NCBI RefSeq assembly: GCF_009914755.1
Contig: NC_060935.1
Origin: the human T2T-CHM13v2.0 reference genome, Homo sapiens
DNA: 64,000 nt
Reading direction: 5' to 3' (one strand)
Under the pieces are notes generated by a model. The model had not been told where the DNA came from. It did not search any database and saw only the letters and a program-made list of their open reading frames with translations. Of this stretch, positions 56,553 to 64,000 are shown in pieces; within the stretch, counting starts at the first letter, position 1; the number at the start of each line of letters is the position of its first letter. The position numbers and the translations under genes are program-made.

Positions 56553-59500
56553 AATATTATTGTCTTTCCCGCTGGATATGTAAAACAACACCACGAGGGG
56601 CGTCAAACCACCTGCTACATTTAAGGGAATGTTATCCTCTCCCCCCCTCCACCCTTCCCGGATATTAGAGGCAAAAACACAAGGGTAATGTACACCCACT
56701 CCTTTATTGGCAGTAATGTCATCCTCTGCATTCTTGGATATTAGGAACAATATCACAGTGTGCGTGGAAGCCTGTCGTGAAATTCAATGGAATGTCATCC
56801 TGTGCCTCCCTGGATACGACGAACAATATCACGGGGCATGTAAAACTTCTGAGATATTGGGAGTGATCTCATCCTCTCCCCTCTAGAAGTTAGGGACAAT
56901 ATCACAGGGGTAGTGTACACCTTCTGGGACTTTGGGACTAATATCATCCTCCCACCCCCTGGATATTAAAAACCATGTCACAAGGGGCGTGTACACACAC
57001 TTCGATATTGGTATGAATACCATCCTCTCCCTCTTTGGATATTCGGTGCCATATTTCAGGTGGGGTTTACACCACCCGCAATATTGGAAGTCATGTTATT
57101 TTCTCCCCCCCCGGATATTAGAAAGAATATCACAGGGGGGTGTGAACAACCCTTGCGATATTTGGAGTCATATCATCGTCTCCCCTCAAGAATATTAAGA
57201 ACAATATCGTAGGGGCGGGGGTTGTATACCCCCTTTCATATTCGATATCATCCTCTTTCCCCCTGGATATTAGGAACAATATCAGGAAGGGATGTACAGA
57301 CCCTGCGACATTTGCTGTCATGTAATTGTCTCTCCCCTAGATATTAGGAAAATTGTCACTGGGGATGTGAACACCCCTGCGATATTGGGAGTAGTATCAT
57401 CCTCTCCCCCCTCGCATATTGGGAACAATATCACAGGTGGGGTGTACTGCCTCTGTGATATTGGGAGTACAATTATTCTCTCTTCCCCTGGATACTAGGA
57501 AGGGTATCAGAGGGGGAGGGTGTACATTCCCTGCGATACTCAACGTAACCTTATCCTCTCTCTCCCAGGGTATTCAGAACAATATCACAGGAGGGGTGTA
57601 CACCCACTGCGAAATTGAGAGTCATATCATCCTCTTTCGCTCTGGATATTAGGAACAATATCACAGGGTTTTGTACACACCCTGCGATATTGGGAGTCAT
57701 ATCATCCTCTCTCCCTGTGGATATTAGGAAGAGTATCACAGGGCTGTCGAAACCCCCAGCGGTACTGGGAGTAATATCATCCTCTCGCCCTCTGGATATG
57801 AGGAAGATTTTCACAGGGCTGTGTACACCCCCTGCGATATTGGGAGTAATATCATCCTCTCCACCCAGGAAATGACTAACAAGGTCACGGGGGGGTGAAC
57901 TCCCCCTGCGATATTGGGAGTAATGTCGTCCTCCCCAAACCTGGATGTTAGCAACAAGATCACAGAGGGGGTGTACACACCCTGAGATATTGGAAGTAAT
58001 ATGATCCTCTCCCCACCTGGATATGGGGAAGATATCACAGCGCGGATTTACGTTTCCTACGCTGTTGGGAGTAATATCATTCTCTTCCTTTCAGGATATT
58101 AGGAAGAATATCACAGGGGTGCTGTACAATTATTTCGATATTGGGAGTACTATCATCCTCTATTTTCCTGGATATTGGGCCCAATAACACAAAAAGCTGT
58201 ACAACCCCTGCGATATTGGGAGTAATAGCATACTCTCCTTCCCTGGATGTTAGAAAACAATATCATCAGGGCTGAACACCCCCCGCGATAATGGGAGTAA
58301 TATTGACTCTTTCACAGGCCATTTGGAACAATATCACAGGGGGTGTTTACAAACAGGGGTGGTGTACAACCCCTGTGATATTGGGAGTAACATCATTCTC
58401 TCCACCTACTGATATTAAGAACAATATCCCGGTGGGAGGTGGTACACCCCCAGTGATATTGGGAATAATGTCATCCTCTCCTTCCCTGGATATTAGGAAC
58501 AATATCACAAGGGGATGTACACCTTCCGTGATATTGGAATCAATATCATCCTCTCCCTCGCTGGATATTAGAAAAAAATATCACTCACGGTGTCCACCCA
58601 CTGTGATATTAGGAAGAATATTACAGGGTGTACACCCACTCTGACTTTAGGAGAAATAGCTCCCTCAAATGTCACAAATAATACCACAGGGTATACAGTG
58701 ACATCTCCCTAGGATATTGCAAATACTATCACAAGGTGTACACCCACTGTGATAACAGGAGTAATACGTCCCAAGGATACTACCAAGAATATCACAAAGC
58801 TGTACACCCTCTATGACATAAGAAGTGATACCTCCCTAGGGTGTTACGAATAACATCACAGAATGTACACCTATGGTGTGCACCCACAGTGATATTAGGT
58901 GTAATATCAACCCAGGACATAACCAATAAGACCACAGGGAGTACATATGTGATGTACACCCACGGTGATGTTATGAGAACTATCTCCCTAGGATAATACG
59001 AATAACATCACAGAGTGGATACACATGGTATACACCCACTGTGGCACTAGGTCTAATAACTTTCTAAGATATTACCAATAGCATCACAGAATAGAAACAC
59101 ATGGTGTACACCCACTGTAACATTAGGTGTAATTTCTCCCTAGGATATTACAAGTAACATCTCAGTGCGTACACACATGGTGTACACCCACTGTGACATT
59201 AAGGGTAATATCCCCCTAGGATATTACCAATAACATCACAGGGTGTCCACCCATGGTGTACACGCACTGTGATGTTAGGGATAATATCTCCCTGGGATAT
59301 GATGAATAATACCACAGGGTGTACAGAAACTGTGATATTAGAGGTAATATCTCTAATATCACAGGGTGTACACCCACTGTGATACTGGGAGCAATATCTC
59401 TCTAGGATAGTACAAATAATATCACAGAGTGTACACACACTGTGATATTAGGAGAAATATCTCTCTGGGATATCACGAATTATATCACAGAGTGTACACA

Positions 59501-60101
59501 CATGATGTACATCCACTTTGATATTAGGAGTAATATCGTCCTAGGACATTACAAATAACCTCACAGAGTGTACACCCACTGTAATACTAGGAATAGTATC
59601 ACCCTACGGGATCACCAATAATATCACAGGGTGTACACCCACTGTGGTATGAGGAGTAATATCTTCCTAGGGTATTACGAATAATTTCACAGTCTGTACA
59701 CACATGGTGTACACTCACTGTGATATTAGGAGTAACATCTACCTAGTGGATGACAAATAACATCGCAGGGTGTACATCCACTTTGAAATTAGCTGTAATA
59801 TTTTTCTAAGTTGTTACAAATAAGATCACAGGGTGTACAAACATGGTGTACACTCACTGTGATATCAGGAGTCATATCTCCGTAATATATTATGAATAAT
59901 ATCACAGGGTGTACACCCACTATATTATTAGGAGTAATATCTCTGTAGGATATTACAATTAAGATCACAGGGTGTACAGCCACTGTGATATTAGGAGCAA
60001 TATCTTTCTAGGATATTACAAATAATATCACAGGGTGTACGCCCACTCTGCTGTCAGGAGCAACATCTCCCCAGGATATCAAAAATCCTATCACAGGGTG
60101 T
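56553..60101 (+). repeat. SATR1-type then expanded SATR2-type satellite array
   Basis: 75-bp period measured at 57644/57719/57794; SATR2-type from ~58576. Confidence 0.85.
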
Positions 60102-60965
60102 CCAATCTCTGCCTTCCAGGTTCTAAGGGATTCTCCTGCTTCAGCCTCCCGAGTAGCTAGGGTTACCCGCCACCATGCCCGTCTAATTTTTATTTTCACT
60201 GGAGACGGGGTTTCACCACGTTGGCCAGGCTGGTCTGGAACTCCTGACCTCAGGTGATCCATCAGCCTCGGCCGCCCAAAGTGCTGGGATTACAGGTGTG
60301 AGCCATGGCTCTCGGCCAAGAGTTATATATTCAATTCATTTGGAAACACAGCTCCCATATTTGAGTGTGCATGTACTTTTTTGAAGAAATGATGTCAGAA
60401 AACCTAAGGATGATAATAAATATTAAAAGTAACAGGCATGTGAAAAGATCTTCCGATTAAGAACTCTAAGTTGCGATTTCGTTTTTAGATAATGCGGTCC
60501 TAGCTCTTGTATCGTCCTTTTACATATTCTACATCAAAGGAATTTGTAGCACGGTGTCAGAATAAAATAGAGTGTATTTCACGGCTTCTTAATTTCTTTC
60601 AATTAGACTGAGATCTTTTTCTTCAAGAGAGAAGAACATTTTCATTGCATTCTATTTATTTCTGAAAAGAGTAGGCCGTATTTTACTGAGATCACGGATT
60701 TCTTATATATGACGTTTTGGTCTTCTAACATTCTTCAGTGGATTTTCTCTGAAGTAGTATGTACAGAAAGCCTTGTATAGCAAAAAAGTAAATCATGTCA
60801 TAATTCTGAGATTTTTGGATTTGTCACAACTGAGAAACATTGCTGACGGTGTATGGTCCGCAAGTGTGAAAATGTTCCTTGTGAATTGCTTGCATCCAAA
60901 ATATACACACAGTATTAAGGGCTGGTTTTTATCTTTTATTTTTCCAATCCTCTTTTCTTCCCAAG

Positions 60966-61965
60966 GTGTCCAAGTCACACAGAGCCACGGAATCTCACAG
61001 GTGTCTGAGAATTCCTCCTCCTGGGACTCTCAGAGGATCCAGAACTGCAGCCCATCCTGGCTGGTCTGTCCCTGTCCATGTATCTGGTCACGGTGCTGAG
61101 GAACCTGCTCATCATCCTGGCTGTCAGCTCTGACCCCCACCTCCACACCCCCATGTGCTTCTTCCTCTCCAACCTGTGCTGGGCTGACATCGGTTTCACC
61201 TTGGCCACGGTTCCTAAGATGATTGTGGACATGCAGTCTCATACCAGAGTCATCTCTTATGAGGGCTGCCTGACACGGATATCTTTCTTGGTCCTTTTTG
61301 CATGTATAGAAGACATGCTCCTGACTGTGATGGCCTATGACTGCTTTGTAGCCATCTGTCGCCCTCTGCACTACCCAGTCATCGTGAATCCTCACCTCTG
61401 TGTCTTCTTCCTTTTGGTATACTTTTTCCTTAGCTTGTTGGATTCCCAGCTGCACAGTTGGATTGTGTTACAATTCACCATCATCAAGAATGTGGAAATC
61501 TCTAATTTTGTCTGTGACCCCTCTCAACTTCTCAAACTTGCCTGTTCTGACAGCGTCATCAATAGCATATTCATGTATTTCCATAGTACTATGTTTGGTT
61601 TTCTTCCCATTTCAGGGATCCTTTTGTCTTACTATAAAATCGTCCCCTCCATTCTAAGGATTTCATCATCAGATGGGAAGTATAAAGCCTTCTCCACCTG
61701 TGGCTCTCACTTGGCAGTTGTTTGCTGATTTTATGGAACAGGCATTGGCGTGTACCTGACTTCAGCTGTGTCACCACCCCCCAGGAATGGTGTGGTAGCG
61801 TCAGTGATGTACGCTGTGGTCACCCCCATGCTGAACCTTTTCATCTACAGCCTGAGAAACAGGGACATACAAAGTGCCCTGCGGAGGCTGCTCAGCAGAA
61901 CAGTCGAATCTCATGATCTGTTCCATCCTTTTTCTTGTGTGGCTGAGACAGGGCAACCACATTAA
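60966..61965 (+). pseudogene. OR7E4P: Olfactory receptor family 7E pseudogene, copy 2
   Basis: Same OR motifs; stops 61006-61008 and 61726-61728 shared with copy 1; terminal TAA 61963-61965. Symbol from recalled gene order. Confidence 0.8.
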
Positions 61966-62731
61966 ATCTCTACATCTGCAAATCCTGCCCCTTAGTCACA
62001 TTCTTTTTGTGGCTTGATGGCTTTTATTCCTTTCCGCATTTCCTTTGTGAATATTGCTTTCTTCGTTATGCCTTTAACTGGAATGGGTGAGGATTCTGGG
62101 ACCCTTTGTTTAGCAGAAACCTCATGACAGAATCTTCTATACCTAGGTGGCCTCTTTTAGTTTCTGAGCAATAACCCTGTCATCCAGGTGGAATCACAAC
62201 TATCTTTTTATATATACGAAGTCCTCACTTCGTTTTGGAATTCCCTGAAAACTGACTTTATGGAAACAATGTACAGGAGGTCCTCCAACACCATTGGTTG
62301 TTCAAAGTTGTGTAGTTATACTGTTGATGAAAAATAAGTGGTTCCACTATACATAATTTTGCTTCAAGGTGAAGTTTCCAACAGACTTTCAAAGATGTTA
62401 AGTGAGGACATACTGTACATCAAATTCATATTCTCTTCCACAGTTCATGTGGAATTTCTTTATAAACTGCTTCTATAGAATCTGTTTAGGCAGGTTATGT
62501 GGAGAGATCCACGTAGCCGTTCCTCAATCTTGGCTTTGAATCTAATCACCTGGGGAGCTTACAAATGATGAGGCCTGGGTCTCAATACCTGAGATTCTGA
62601 TTTCCTTGCACCTGTGTGAGTGTGTGGATTTTTTTTTTTTTTCTTTTAAAGCACCAGAGGTGGTTCCAATGACGAAGTTTTTAGAGGCATCAAGCTCCAA
62701 TGAGTAAGAACAGAAATTAATTGTAATATGA

Positions 62732-63172
<441 letters not shown>

Positions 63173-64000
63173 TAGATTTATACACACATTGATTGCTGCT
63201 TTGTTATACACTTGCGTATACATAAGATGGGAAATAGAAAAGAATAAAATGGGCACAGTATCCCTGAAGTTTCACATTCCGAGACATTTTAAAAATATTT
63301 GCTCTTCAGAAATTTGTTTCAATGAAGAAACTGTGGTGTACACACCCAGTGAAGTATTATTCAGCCTAAAAAGGAAGAAACTCCTCTCCGCTGCAGACAA
63401 AATGGATGAGATTGCAGGTCTGTATATTAAATGAAAGAAGCCAGGCACAGAATGACAAATATTTCATGTCCTCACTTCTATGTAGGAAGAAAAAAGGAAA
63501 CCTTGGCCAGGTGTGGTGGCTCAGGCCTGGAATCCCAGCACTCTCGGAGGCCGAGTCGCACGGATCACTTGAGTCCAGGAGTTTGAGACCCGCCTGGCCA
63601 ACATGGTGAATCCCCGTCTCTACGGAAAACACAAACAATGAGCCAGGCGTGGTGACGCGTGTCTGTAGTCTCAGCTACTCTGAGGGCTGAGGCCCAAGAA
63701 GCACTTGAACTCGGGAGGCGGATCTTGCAGAGAGCCCGGATTGTGCCTGTATACTCCAACCTGGGCAACAGAAAGAGACTCCATGCCACACACACCTACA
63801 CACAAAAGGAATCTCAGGAAGGTGGAGAGTATAAAGGTGGTTAGCAGACGCTAGGAAGAAAAGGGGTAGGATACAGAATGAAGACAAGTGGATAATTGGG
63901 TCTCAAAATACAGAAAGATGGAATAAGTGAGTTCTAGTGTTTGATAGTACAGTATGAAAATTTTAGTTCACAAAAATTGCTTGCATATTTCCAGATGCTT

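Overview
Primate (very likely human, 11q13.4-like) genomic DNA with two compartments. (1) 1-25.5 kb: repeat-rich DNA and a ~7.1-kb-arm inverted duplication (5749-12883 / 17792-24870, 4.9-kb spacer). Each arm carries an intact single-exon ultra-high-sulfur keratin-associated protein gene (KRTAP5-10-like, +, 219 aa; KRTAP5-11-like, -, 156 aa) and an Alu-truncated KRTAP5 3' fragment. (2) 25.5-64 kb: OR7E-type segmental-duplication mosaic. It has two direct copies of [palindromic SATR-type satellite - 4.1-kb LTR-less HERV-E gag-pol - satellite - OR7E pseudogene - Alu/L1], separated by an LTR5A-like solo LTR with a 6-bp TSD and a 3-exon UNC93B1 pseudogene fragment bracketed by ~1-kb satellite inverted repeats. 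The most unusual signal is the satellite. One self-complementary monomer occurs in GC-rich, intermediate and AT-rich states with compensatory stem changes, flips orientation at its dyad axis, and its GC-rich form sits at four satellite/non-satellite junctions. This suggests a foldback-like capture/rearrangement system. Gene symbols and repeat family names are from memory, and all alignments were done by eye.
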